NCBI GenBank assembly: GCA_035551355.1
Contig: DASZNF010000053.1
Location: forward strand, 7,129-71,128
Direction of reading: 5' to 3'
From: Pseudonocardiaceae bacterium
GTDB taxonomy: Bacteria; Actinomycetota; Actinomycetes; Mycobacteriales; Pseudonocardiaceae
Length of the DNA: 64,000 bases
Within the stretch, counting starts at the first letter, position 1, and every line of letters begins with the position of its first letter. Positions 9,698-17,978 of this stretch are shown piece by piece. Made by a program: the position numbers and the translations under genes. Below the pieces are notes generated by a model. The model made no database searches, was not told the origin of the DNA, and was given only the letters and a program-made list of their open reading frames with translations.

Positions 9698-10726
9698 TCA
9701 CGGCAACAGCAGGTTGACGTCGCCGAACTCGTGCCACAGATAGCCGGACCGGATGGCCTCGGCGTAGCTGTCGGCCAGCACGCCGGAGTCGGTGATGGCG
9801 GCCAGCATGTCCAGGTGGGAGGCGGCCGGCTCGTGGAATCCGGTGAGCAGCCCGTCCACCGCCCGCACGCCGCGCTCCGGGGTGATGATCACCTCGGTCC
9901 AGCCCTCGGCCGCGCGCACCGAACCCCTCGCGTCGGTGGCGCTTTCCAGAGCCCGCACCGCGGTCGTGCCGGCGGCGATGATCCGGCCGCCGGCCGCCCG
10001 CGCCTGGTTGACGATGCGCGCGGTGGTCGCCGAGACCGCGAAGCGTTCCGGGTAGGGCCGTTCGTGGGCCTCGGGCGAGGCCACCCCGGTGTGCAGCAGC
10101 AGCGGCGCGAACTGCACCCCGGCCGCGACCAGCCGGGTCACCACCCGATCGGTGAACGGCCGGGACGCGCTGGGCATCTCGGCGCTGCCCGGGTGGGTGG
10201 CGAACACGGTCTGGTAGTAGGAAACCGGCCATGGACGGCGGACGTAGCCGTACCGGATGGGCGCGCCGAACCGTTCGAGGAAGGCCGGCACCGAACCGGC
10301 CGGGCCGGGCTCGACCGAGGCGATCCACAGCCGCTCCCGCGAATACCGCTGCCGCAGGGTCACCACCGCACCGCCCAGCAGCGGATAGCGCTGCCCGGCC
10401 CGGCCGCCGGAGTAGGGCACGGTGGCCTTGTCCCCGGCCTCGCGCAGCTCCACCAGCCAGTCGCCGTCGGCCTGCTCGGTGGAGAAGTGCAGGGTCAATC
10501 GGCTCTCCGGCACCGGAACGGCGGCGGCCAGCGTGCCGGAGGTGTTGACCACCAGCACATCGCCGGGCCGCAACAGTTCGGGCAGCTCGGTGAACCGGTG
10601 GTGGTGCAGCGCGCCGGTGCCGCGTTCGGCGACCAGCAGCCGCACCCTGTCCCGGGCCAGTCCCCGGGCCTCCGGAGGTTCGTGCGCCTCCCGCTCGGCG
10701 GGCAGGACGAAATCAAGCACGGTCAT
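9698..10726 (-). CDS. queA: S-adenosylmethionine:tRNA ribosyltransferase-isomerase (QueA)-like protein
   Basis: QueA-like motifs: RPGDVLVVNTS, AAGTTAVRALES, TGFHEPASHLDML. Length is 342 aa. The ATG overlaps the stop of the upstream VOC gene (ATGA). Confidence 0.75.
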   Translation of the reverse strand: MTVLDFVLPAEREAHEPPEARGLARDRVRLLVAERGTGALHHHRFTELPELLRPGDVLVVNTSGTLAAAVPVPESRLTLHFSTEQADGDWLVELREAGDKATVPYSGGRAGQRYPLLGGAVVTLRQRYSRERLWIASVEPGPAGSVPAFLERFGAPIRYGYVRRPWPVSYYQTVFATHPGSAEMPSASRPFTDRVVTRLVAAGVQFAPLLLHTGVASPEAHERPYPERFAVSATTARIVNQARAAGGRIIAAGTTAVRALESATDARGSVRAAEGWTEVIITPERGVRAVDGLLTGFHEPAASHLDMLAAITDSGVLADSYAEAIRSGYLWHEFGDVNLLLP

Positions 10727-11079
10727 CGTTTCTCACTCCACACCAGCACGCGCGTACCCAGCGGGTCGCGCACCTCGAATCCGTAATGTCCGCGCGGAAA
10801 ACGGTGCGGCGGGGCCAGCACCTCGGCCGGCCGCCAGCCGGCGAACGCGTCGTCCACAGCGGCCCGGGTGGCCAGTTCGAAGGCCAGCGGGGCGGGCCCG
10901 GACCAGCCGGGCGCGACGAACTCCAGTCGTGCGCCGCTCGCCGCGGCCAGCACCACGCCGTGTTCGGCGTCCCGGTCCCACGAGTCTATTTCGGACAGTC
11001 CTATCCGGTCGCGGTAGAAACCACGCACCGCGGCCAGATCCTTGACCTGATACGGCAACCACAGCGCCAGCGGGGTCAT
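10723..11079 (-). CDS. VOC/glyoxalase-family protein
   Basis: The 118-aa protein from the ATG at 11079 has a VOC-like beta-alpha-beta pattern (VKDLAAVRGFYRD...GFEVRDPLG). It has ATGA overlaps with both neighbours. Confidence 0.65.
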   Translation of the reverse strand: MTPLALWLPYQVKDLAAVRGFYRDRIGLSEIDSWDRDAEHGVVLAAASGARLEFVAPGWSGPAPLAFELATRAAVDDAFAGWRPAEVLAPPHRFPRGHYGFEVRDPLGTRVLVWSEKR

Positions 11080-11750
11080 GCCGCGGCCAGCCTCACTCGC
11101 CCGGACTCCGGCCGGCCGGCCAGCAGGGCGCGCAACGCGGGCAGCACCGTGTCCGGCAACGGCCGGTCGCTGATGTCCTCGCCGGGGAAGGCCAGCTGAT
11201 GCATCTCGGTGCGCAGGTCCCCCGGATCGGCCGCCCACACCCGCAGGTCCGGCTCCTCGGCGGCCAGCACCCGGGTCAGCGCCTCCAGCGCGGCCTTGGC
11301 CGAGCCGTAGCCGCCCCAGCCCGGGTAGGCCTCGGTCGCCGCGTCCGAGGTGATGTTCACGACCGCGCCGGACCGCGCCCGCAGGGTGGGCAGCGCCAAT
11401 TGGATCAGCGACAGCGGGGCCAGCACGTTCACCTCGTACACCTCGCGCAGGGCGTGGGCCGGATAGTCGGCCAGTGCCGGTTGCGGGCTGGGACCGAGGA
11501 TGCCGGCGTTGTTCACCAGCAGGTCCACCCCGCCGAGCTCGTCGGCCGCGGCCAGCAGTGCCTTCCGGTGGGCCGGATCGGTCACGTCCCCCGGGATGGC
11601 CCGGACCGGGCCACGGATCCGCTGGGTCACCTCGGCCAGCGCGGGCGCGCCGCGGGCGTCCAGCACCAGGTGCCAGCCGTCGGCCGCCAGCCCCTCGGCC
11701 ACCGTCGCACCCAGTCCCCGGGACGCGCCGGTGATGATCGCTACCGCCAT
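11076..11750 (-). CDS. SDR-family oxidoreductase
   Basis: Contains TGASRGLG, NNAG and a YxxxK-type region (YGSAKAAL). A GGAGG sits upstream of the ATG at 11750. Confidence 0.85.
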   Translation of the reverse strand: MAVAIITGASRGLGATVAEGLAADGWHLVLDARGAPALAEVTQRIRGPVRAIPGDVTDPAHRKALLAAADELGGVDLLVNNAGILGPSPQPALADYPAHALREVYEVNVLAPLSLIQLALPTLRARSGAVVNITSDAATEAYPGWGGYGSAKAALEALTRVLAAEEPDLRVWAADPGDLRTEMHQLAFPGEDISDRPLPDTVLPALRALLAGRPESGRVRLAAA

Positions 11751-11907
11751 GGAAATCGCCTCCACCATCGGAATCCGTCGTCGATGGGATCGACGCTAGG
11801 AGCGCGACGGCGCGCGGCCATCGGGCCGTGGAACCCGATCGGGTCGGTCTTTGGACCTAGGTCCCTCGCCCGATGGGCGCGACGCGTTTCCTGGGTACCG
11901 TGAGGGG

Positions 11908-13044
11908 GTGAGCGACCTGGGCTGGGCGGAGTTGCGCGAGGTGAGCGCCGCGGTGCTGGCGGTCAACGCGCACCGCACGGTGCACGAGGTGCTGCGCACC
12001 ATCGTGGCCGCCGCGCGCAAGCTGGGCGACGCGCGGTACGCGGCGCTGGGCGTGCCGGACGAGAACGGCGCGTTCTCCGACTTCCTGGCCTCGGGCATCA
12101 GCGACGAGCAGTGGCGGGCGATCGGCCCGGTGCCGCGCCAGCACGGCGTGCTCGGGGTGCTGTTGCGGGATCCGAATCCGGTGCGGCTGGCCGACATCCG
12201 CGAGCATCCCGGATTCGAAGGCTGGTGGCCCGCGGCCCACCCGGACATGACCGATTTTCTCGGCATGCCGATCACCGACGGCGGGGAGATCCTCGGGGAA
12301 CTGTTCCTGGCCAACAAGAACACTCCGGGCGGGTTCACCGCCGAGGATGAGGACCTGTTGCGGCTGCTGGCCGCGCACGCGGCGATCGCGCTGGTGAACG
12401 CCCGCCTGTCCGAGCGGGATCGCGAACTGTCCATTGTGGAGGAACGCAACCGGATCGCCCGGGAGCTGCACGACGCGGTGTCGCAGAAGCTGTTCAGCCT
12501 GCGGCTGACCGCGGACGCCGCGGGCGCACTGATGGACGCCGACCCGTCCCGGGCCGCGGCCGAACTGGACACGGTGCGCAAGCTGGCCGGCGAGGTGGCC
12601 GAGGAACTGCACGCCATCGTGGACGGCCTGCGCCCGCCCGCGCTGGCCGGGGACGGGCTGGATCTGGCCCTGCGCAAGCAGACCGAGCTGCTGGACCGGG
12701 TGCACACCGCGGACGTCCGGTTCGTCGGCTGCCCGGTGCCGCGGCTGCCCGAGCCGGTGGAGCGGGCCGCCTACCGGATCGCCCAGGAGGCGCTGCACAA
12801 CGCGCTGCGGCACGCCGAGGCCACCCGGATCGAGGTGGATCTGGCCTGCCTCAGGGATTCCGTCCGGCTGACCGTGTCGGACAACGGGTCCGGATTCGAC
12901 GCCGCGGACAAGCAGAACGCGGCCCGCAGGCTGGGCCTGACCTCGATGCGGGAACGGGCCCGGGTGGCCGGCGGGCGGCTGACCGTGGCCTCCCGGCCGG
13001 GCGGGGGCACCACGGTGCGATTGGAGGTGCCCGCCGGTGGCTGA
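11908..13044 (+). CDS. GAF-domain sensor histidine kinase (HisKA_3/NarL-partner type)
   Basis: An N-terminal GAF-like region is followed by an H-box ERNRIARELHDAVSQ and an HATPase region (DNGSGF, GLTSMRERA). The start is uncertain (TTG 11851 or GTG 11908). Confidence 0.8.
   Translation: MSDLGWAELREVSAAVLAVNAHRTVHEVLRTIVAAARKLGDARYAALGVPDENGAFSDFLASGISDEQWRAIGPVPRQHGVLGVLLRDPNPVRLADIREHPGFEGWWPAAHPDMTDFLGMPITDGGEILGELFLANKNTPGGFTAEDEDLLRLLAAHAAIALVNARLSERDRELSIVEERNRIARELHDAVSQKLFSLRLTADAAGALMDADPSRAAAELDTVRKLAGEVAEELHAIVDGLRPPALAGDGLDLALRKQTELLDRVHTADVRFVGCPVPRLPEPVERAAYRIAQEALHNALRHAEATRIEVDLACLRDSVRLTVSDNGSGFDAADKQNAARRLGLTSMRERARVAGGRLTVASRPGGGTTVRLEVPAGG
12429..12441. repeat. Copy of iterated 13-bp palindrome (GTCCATTGTGGAG, 1 outer mismatch)
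   Basis: Read directly. It lies inside the histidine kinase CDS in phase TCC ATT GTG GAG (SIVE). Confidence 0.8.
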
Positions 13045-13669
13045 CATCAGAGTGCTGGTGGTCGACGACCATCCCGTTGTGCGCCAAGGACTTCGCACGT
13101 TCCTGGACCTGCAACCCGACCTGGCCGTGGTGGGCGAGGCGGCCGACGGGCCGGAATGCGTCGAGCAGGCGGTGGCCTGCGACCCCGATGTGATCCTGCT
13201 GGATCTGCGGATGCCCGGCGGGGACGGGGTGGCCGCGTTGCGCGGGTTGCGCGAGCGCGGGGTGGCCGCCCGGGTGCTGGTGATCACCAGTTTCACCGAG
13301 CCGGCCGCGGTGCTGCCCGCGGTGCGCGCGGGCGCGGCGGGCTATGTGTACAAGGACATCGATCCGCCGGCGCTGGCCGCCGCGATCCGTTCGGTGCACG
13401 CCGGGCATGTGTTGCTGCACCCGGATGTGGCGCGGTTGCTGGCCGCGGGCGAGTCCGCGCCGGCGGGCACCCAGCTCACCCCGCGCGAGCTGGACGTGCT
13501 GGCCGAACTCGCCCGCGGCCGGTCCAACCGGGAGATCGCCAAGGCCCTGACCTTGTCGGAGAAGACGGTCAAGACGCATGTCAGCGCGATCCTGATGAAG
13601 CTGGGGGTGGCCGACCGGACCCAGGCTGCGCTGCACGCGGTGCGTTCCGGCCTGGTGCCCGCCCCCTAG
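13037..13669 (+). CDS. NarL/LuxR-family response regulator
   Basis: The receiver domain (VLVVDDHPVV, DVILLDLRMPG) is followed by a LuxR HTH (LTPRELDVLAELARGRSNREIA). It overlaps the kinase gene by 8 nt. Confidence 0.9.
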   Translation: MADIRVLVVDDHPVVRQGLRTFLDLQPDLAVVGEAADGPECVEQAVACDPDVILLDLRMPGGDGVAALRGLRERGVAARVLVITSFTEPAAVLPAVRAGAAGYVYKDIDPPALAAAIRSVHAGHVLLHPDVARLLAAGESAPAGTQLTPRELDVLAELARGRSNREIAKALTLSEKTVKTHVSAILMKLGVADRTQAALHAVRSGLVPAP

Positions 13670-13678
13670 AAAACTCCG

Positions 13679-13743
13679 TCAGCGCAACGGTTTCCGCCCG
13701 ATCCGGGCGCGTACCCGGAAGACCGTTTCAGCGCAACGGTTTC
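13679..13743. repeat. Two copies of the 16-mer TCAGCGCAACGGTTTC flanking a CGCCCG-ATC-CGGGCG hairpin, in a convergent intergenic region
   Basis: The copies lie at 13679-13694 and 13728-13743. The hairpin lies at about 13695-13709. The second copy overlaps the stop codon of the monooxygenase gene. Confidence 0.6.
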
Positions 13744-14959
13744 AGCTCGCGACCGGGACCGGCGCCGCGTTGACGGTCGCGTTCCAGTCGATCTCGTAGG
13801 CGAACTGCCAGGCCATCTTCTCCGGCTTGGCCAGCGTCTTCATCGCCATCGGCAGCAGCAGATCCCGCAGCACCCGGGCCACCGGTCCGGCCGCCTTCTC
13901 GCTGTTGGTCCGCGCGCCGTTGGCGATGATCTTCTCCACCCGGGCCCGGCGCAGCCCTTCGTAGGCGGCGAACGCCTCGTCGTGCGGCAGATCGCGCAGG
14001 CACCGGGCCAGTTGCACGGCGCTCTCGATGGCCAGCGAGGCGCCCTGGCCGGAACTGCTGGTCGGCGCGTGTGCGGCGTCGCCCACCAACACCATACGGC
14101 CCCGGCTCCAGGCCGGCACCGAGGGCAGGTCCAGCATCGGGCCGACGATCAGCAGTTCGGCCGGGTCGGTTTCCTCGACCATCCGCAGCGCCGGCGTGCG
14201 GTCCTCGGCGACGACTTCCCGCAGCGCGTCCAGCCACTTCCGCCTCGGCACCGCGCGGGCCTGGGCCAGGGTCATCGGCTCGCGGTGCGGCAGGTTGACG
14301 AACCAGCTGCCGGTGCCGTCGGCCTCGACCTGGTAGCCGAAGAACGCCTTCTTGCCGAACACCATGTGCATTTTCCCGCCGGTGGGCGGCACCGAGGTGT
14401 GGGCCACCTTCACCCCGAGGCTGATCAGCCCGCCGTAGCGGGGTTGCGGCGCGGCCGGGTCGATCTGGCCGCGCACCGCCGACCACAGCCCGTCCGCACC
14501 GATCAGCACATCGGCGGAAGCCGTTGTGCCACCGTCGAATTCGGCGGTGACCGAGTCCGAGGTGGACCTCGCCGACACCAGTCGCCTGCCGTGTTCGATG
14601 CGGATGCCCCGCCGGATGGCTTCGTCGTACAGCGCCCGGTACAGGTCCGCGCGCCAGACGAAGCGGGTGCCCGGCAGTCCGGGCGGGTCCCCCAGTTCGG
14701 CCAGTTCCTTGCCATTCCAGCTGGTCATGACCATGGCGGTCATCGGCGTGCCGATGCCGGTCACCGCGTGCTCGGCGCCAAGTACAGCCAGCGCGCGCTG
14801 CCCGTTGGCCGCCATGCCGAGGCCGCCGCCGATACCGTCGGCCACTCCCCCGTACGCCTCGAAAACGGTCGCTTCGATGCCGGCCTTCTGCAGTGCCATG
14901 GCGGCGACCGGGCCGGCGACGCCGCCGCCGATGACCAGGGCGGTTCTGGTGGTACTCAT
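13742..14959 (-). CDS. FAD-dependent aromatic-ring monooxygenase (UbiH/salicylate hydroxylase-like)
   Basis: Contains the GxGxxG motif VIGGGVAGP, the DG motif LIGADGLWS and the GDAAH motif LVGDAAHAPTSSSGQGA. Confidence 0.85.
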   Translation of the reverse strand: MSTTRTALVIGGGVAGPVAAMALQKAGIEATVFEAYGGVADGIGGGLGMAANGQRALAVLGAEHAVTGIGTPMTAMVMTSWNGKELAELGDPPGLPGTRFVWRADLYRALYDEAIRRGIRIEHGRRLVSARSTSDSVTAEFDGGTTASADVLIGADGLWSAVRGQIDPAAPQPRYGGLISLGVKVAHTSVPPTGGKMHMVFGKKAFFGYQVEADGTGSWFVNLPHREPMTLAQARAVPRRKWLDALREVVAEDRTPALRMVEETDPAELLIVGPMLDLPSVPAWSRGRMVLVGDAAHAPTSSSGQGASLAIESAVQLARCLRDLPHDEAFAAYEGLRRARVEKIIANGARTNSEKAAGPVARVLRDLLLPMAMKTLAKPEKMAWQFAYEIDWNATVNAAPVPVAS

Positions 14960-15570
14960 GTCGTGATCCCCTCAGGATGTTCGTGGTAGGCGGCCCACAT
15001 CCGGGCCCACCCGGTGTTCGGATCGGTGATCTGGTCGAGAAAGCGCCGGACGAACGCGGTTTCCGCGTCCAGCAGGGCCAGCCGGTACTGCTCCTCGACC
15101 AGGAACAGCTCGGGCACGTTCTCGGCGTGCGCACGGTCGAGCGCCTCGGTGATCTCGGCGCGCTGCCCGGCCAGGCCGTCCAGCCGGTTGCGCAGCAACG
15201 GCACGACCTCGGCCGGCGGCAGCCCGGTGATCAGGGACAACGCGGAGACGAACCGCGGGTACTCGTGTTCGGGTTCGCCGACCAGTTCGCGCAGCCAGTC
15301 CCGCATCTCGGCCCGGCCTTCGTCGGTGAGCGCGTAAACCGTGCGTTCCGGGCGCTGCCCGTCCCGGCTGGTCTCCTGCTCGGCGATGAACCCGGCCTTG
15401 GCCAGTTGGGCCACGACCATGTACAGCGAGCCGTGGTTGAACTTGATGCTGCGTTCGTCACCGTTGTCGCGCAGCGTCCGGCCCAGTTCGTAGGGGTGCA
15501 TCGGACGCTGCATCAGGTAGCACAGCACGGCCAGGGCGAGCAGGTTGCCGACCTTGCGTTTCTTCGCCAT
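14956..15570 (-). CDS. PadR-family transcriptional regulator
   Basis: The N-terminal winged helix PMHPYELGRTL...GSLYMVVAQLAKAGFI is followed by the C-terminal extension typical of long PadR proteins. It has an ATGA overlap with the monooxygenase gene. Confidence 0.9.
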   Translation of the reverse strand: MAKKRKVGNLLALAVLCYLMQRPMHPYELGRTLRDNGDERSIKFNHGSLYMVVAQLAKAGFIAEQETSRDGQRPERTVYALTDEGRAEMRDWLRELVGEPEHEYPRFVSALSLITGLPPAEVVPLLRNRLDGLAGQRAEITEALDRAHAENVPELFLVEEQYRLALLDAETAFVRRFLDQITDPNTGWARMWAAYHEHPEGITT

Positions 15571-15597
15571 GGGAGAAGTGTGCTGTGCCGCGTCAGG

Positions 15598-16059
15598 TCA
15601 CGCGGTACGGGTGGGGTCGTCCACGATCGGCAGACCGCCCTCGCGGTGCACCCGGCGCAGGTCGTCGAGGTAGGCGCGGGAGCACATCGCGGACAGGATG
15701 GCGATCCCGCCCCGGTGCACCCGCACCTCGCCGGTCCGCAGCGTGCCGGTGAGCACCACGCGCCGCCCGCCTTCGGTGTCGCGCCCGGCCGCGTCCTTGA
15801 CCTTGCTCCGGCCCTCGCGGCGCAGGTCCCAGTCGTCGAGCACGGCGTCCTCGGGCAGCAGCAGCTTGACCATGGCGTGGTCCAGGTCGAGCGCCAGGTG
15901 CAGGTCGCCGTCCGGAATACGCGGCGAGCGCAGGTCCAGCACGACGGCGCCGCGATGGGCGCGCACCTCGAACTCGCGCTCGGTGGTCCAGTGCCCCAGC
16001 CGCTTGATCAGCGCGGAATGCGCGGCGATCCGGACCGGTGTCGCCTCGATGGTGTTCAT
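15598..16059 (-). CDS. Hypothetical protein (153 aa)
   Basis: The ATG at 16059 is preceded by GAGGGGA. GC3 is high. It lies 27 nt upstream of padR on the same strand. I do not recognise the family with confidence. Confidence 0.6.
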   Translation of the reverse strand: MNTIEATPVRIAAHSALIKRLGHWTTEREFEVRAHRGAVVLDLRSPRIPDGDLHLALDLDHAMVKLLLPEDAVLDDWDLRREGRSKVKDAAGRDTEGGRRVVLTGTLRTGEVRVHRGGIAILSAMCSRAYLDDLRRVHREGGLPIVDDPTRTA

Positions 16060-16110
16060 GATCGTTCCCCTCGGTGGTGCTTCTTGGTCGATGTCGAGTA
16101 TCCAGCTCAG

Positions 16111-16130
16111 AATAGTCAGTGTCAACTATT
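16111..16130. promoter_or_regulatory. Inverted repeat AATAGT-N8-ACTATT in an AT-richer divergent promoter region
   Basis: Read directly. It lies between the hyp-PadR-monooxygenase operon and the LLM oxidoreductase gene. Confidence 0.35.
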
Positions 16131-16193
16131 TGGCTGGAGTTACTCCATCCCCGCAGGTGAACGGCCTGTTCTCCGGCCGGTTAGGGTGCGCTC

Positions 16194-17180
16194 ATGCGCT
16201 TCGGAATGTTCGTGCCACAGGGATGGCGCCTGGACCTCGTCGGAATCGACCCCGCCGAGCAGTGGAACACCATGCTCGGTCTCGCCCGGATCGCCGAGAA
16301 CGGCCCATGGGAATCGATCTGGGTCTACGACCACTTCCACACCGTGCCCCGGCCCAGCGATGAGGCCACCCACGAGGCGTGGAGCCTGATCTCGGCCTAT
16401 GCCGCCGCGACCAGCCGGGTCCGGCTGGGCCAGATGTGCACCTGCATGGGCTACCGCAACCCGGCCTACCTGGCCAAGGTCGCCGCCACCGCCGACCTGA
16501 TCTCCGGCGGTCGCGTCGAGATGGGCATCGGCGGCGGCTGGTACGAGCACGAGTGGAAGGCCTACGGCTACGGCTTCCCGTCCGCGGGCACCCGGCTGGG
16601 CCAGCTCGACGAGGGCGTGCAGATCATGCGCCAGCTCTGGACCACCGGCACCGCGACCCTGGACGGCAAGTACTACCAGGTGGACGGCGCGATCTCCCGT
16701 CCGCTGCCGCTGCAGGATGGCGGCATCCCGCTGTGGATCGCCGGTGGCGGGGAGCGCAAGACGCTGCGCATCGCCGCGCAGTACGCCGCCTACACCAACT
16801 TCGCGGGCGGCAAGGAGGAGTTCGCGCACAAGTCCGAGGTGCTCGCGGGGCACTGCAAGGACGTGGGCACCGACTTCGAGGCGATCGTCCGGTCGGCCAA
16901 CTACAACGTGGTGATCGGCGCGACCGAGAAGGACGTGGCCGACAAGCTGGCCTGGATCCGCGCCCACTACGAGCCGCTGGTGCCGGCCGACGTGCTGGAG
17001 AACGCGTACGACAACTTCGCCAACAGCCCGCTGACCGGCACGCCCGAACAGATCGTGGCGCACCTGCGGGACATGGCCGGCCTGGGCCTGGCCTACACCA
17101 TCGGGTACTTCCCGGAGGCGGCCTACGACTCCTCGGGCATCGAGCTGTTCGCCCGCGAGGTCATTCCGGCCCTCGCCTAG
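16194..17180 (+). CDS. LLM-class (luciferase-like) F420-dependent oxidoreductase
   Basis: Typical LLM family sequence: MRFGMFVPQGW, VWVYDHF, GGRVEMGIGGGW. Length is 328 aa. Confidence 0.85.
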   Translation: MRFGMFVPQGWRLDLVGIDPAEQWNTMLGLARIAENGPWESIWVYDHFHTVPRPSDEATHEAWSLISAYAAATSRVRLGQMCTCMGYRNPAYLAKVAATADLISGGRVEMGIGGGWYEHEWKAYGYGFPSAGTRLGQLDEGVQIMRQLWTTGTATLDGKYYQVDGAISRPLPLQDGGIPLWIAGGGERKTLRIAAQYAAYTNFAGGKEEFAHKSEVLAGHCKDVGTDFEAIVRSANYNVVIGATEKDVADKLAWIRAHYEPLVPADVLENAYDNFANSPLTGTPEQIVAHLRDMAGLGLAYTIGYFPEAAYDSSGIELFAREVIPALA

Positions 17181-17956
17181 TTCTTCGAGACCTTCGCGCG
17201 CAGGTCGCGCAGCAGCGCGGCGGTGGAGGGCAGGCCCAGCGACCAGAACTGGGCCTGCGTCTCCGCCGCCAGCACCTGCTCATGGGTCAGCTGCGGCTCG
17301 GCGACCACCGTGCGCAGCGTGTTCTTGGTGCGCCGCAACAGTTCCCGGTCCACCCGGGCCGCACCGGCGGCCAGCGTGGCGGCCCGGTCGGCCAGTTCGT
17401 CGCCGGGCACACTGGCCAGCGCCAGCCCGGCCGGCACCGCCTCCGGCCCGGTCACCCGCTGGCCGAACAACACCATCGCGGCCGCGGTCTGCGGGCCGAC
17501 CAGCCGCTCCAGCAGCCACAGGTGCCCACCGCCGGGGTGCAGGCCGATGCTCAGGAACCGCGTGTCGAACCAGGCCGAGTCGGCCACGATCCGCACGTCG
17601 CAGGCCAGCGCCAGGTTCATCCCGGCGCCCACCGCGGGCCCGTTGACCGCGGCGATGGTGGGCAGCGGCGACCGGCTGACCCGCAGGAATCCCTCGTACA
17701 CCCGCTGCACGTCCGCGGTGTTGCCGTCGGCGGCCGACAACAGATCGCCCAGCGCGGCCCCGGCGCAGAACGCGGGCCCGGCGCCGGTGATCACCACCAC
17801 CGACACCGCCGGATCGGACTCCAGCGCGTCCATCGCCGCGAGCAGTTGCTCGACCATGTCCGCGGACAGGATGTTGCGCCGGTTCGGGTCGTCCAGGGTC
17901 AGCAGTCCGACGCCCGATTCGACCGTGGTCCGTACCAGTTTCGCCTCAGCCACCAC
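17177..17956 (-). CDS. Enoyl-CoA hydratase/isomerase family protein
   Basis: Crotonase fold motifs: VVVITGAGPAFCAGA, AAVNGPAVGAGMNLALACD. Confidence 0.85.
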   Translation of the reverse strand: MVAEAKLVRTTVESGVGLLTLDDPNRRNILSADMVEQLLAAMDALESDPAVSVVVITGAGPAFCAGAALGDLLSAADGNTADVQRVYEGFLRVSRSPLPTIAAVNGPAVGAGMNLALACDVRIVADSAWFDTRFLSIGLHPGGGHLWLLERLVGPQTAAAMVLFGQRVTGPEAVPAGLALASVPGDELADRAATLAAGAARVDRELLRRTKNTLRTVVAEPQLTHEQVLAAETQAQFWSLGLPSTAALLRDLRAKVSKN

Positions 17957-17978
17957 CGCAGCATGCCAGACCCGATCC

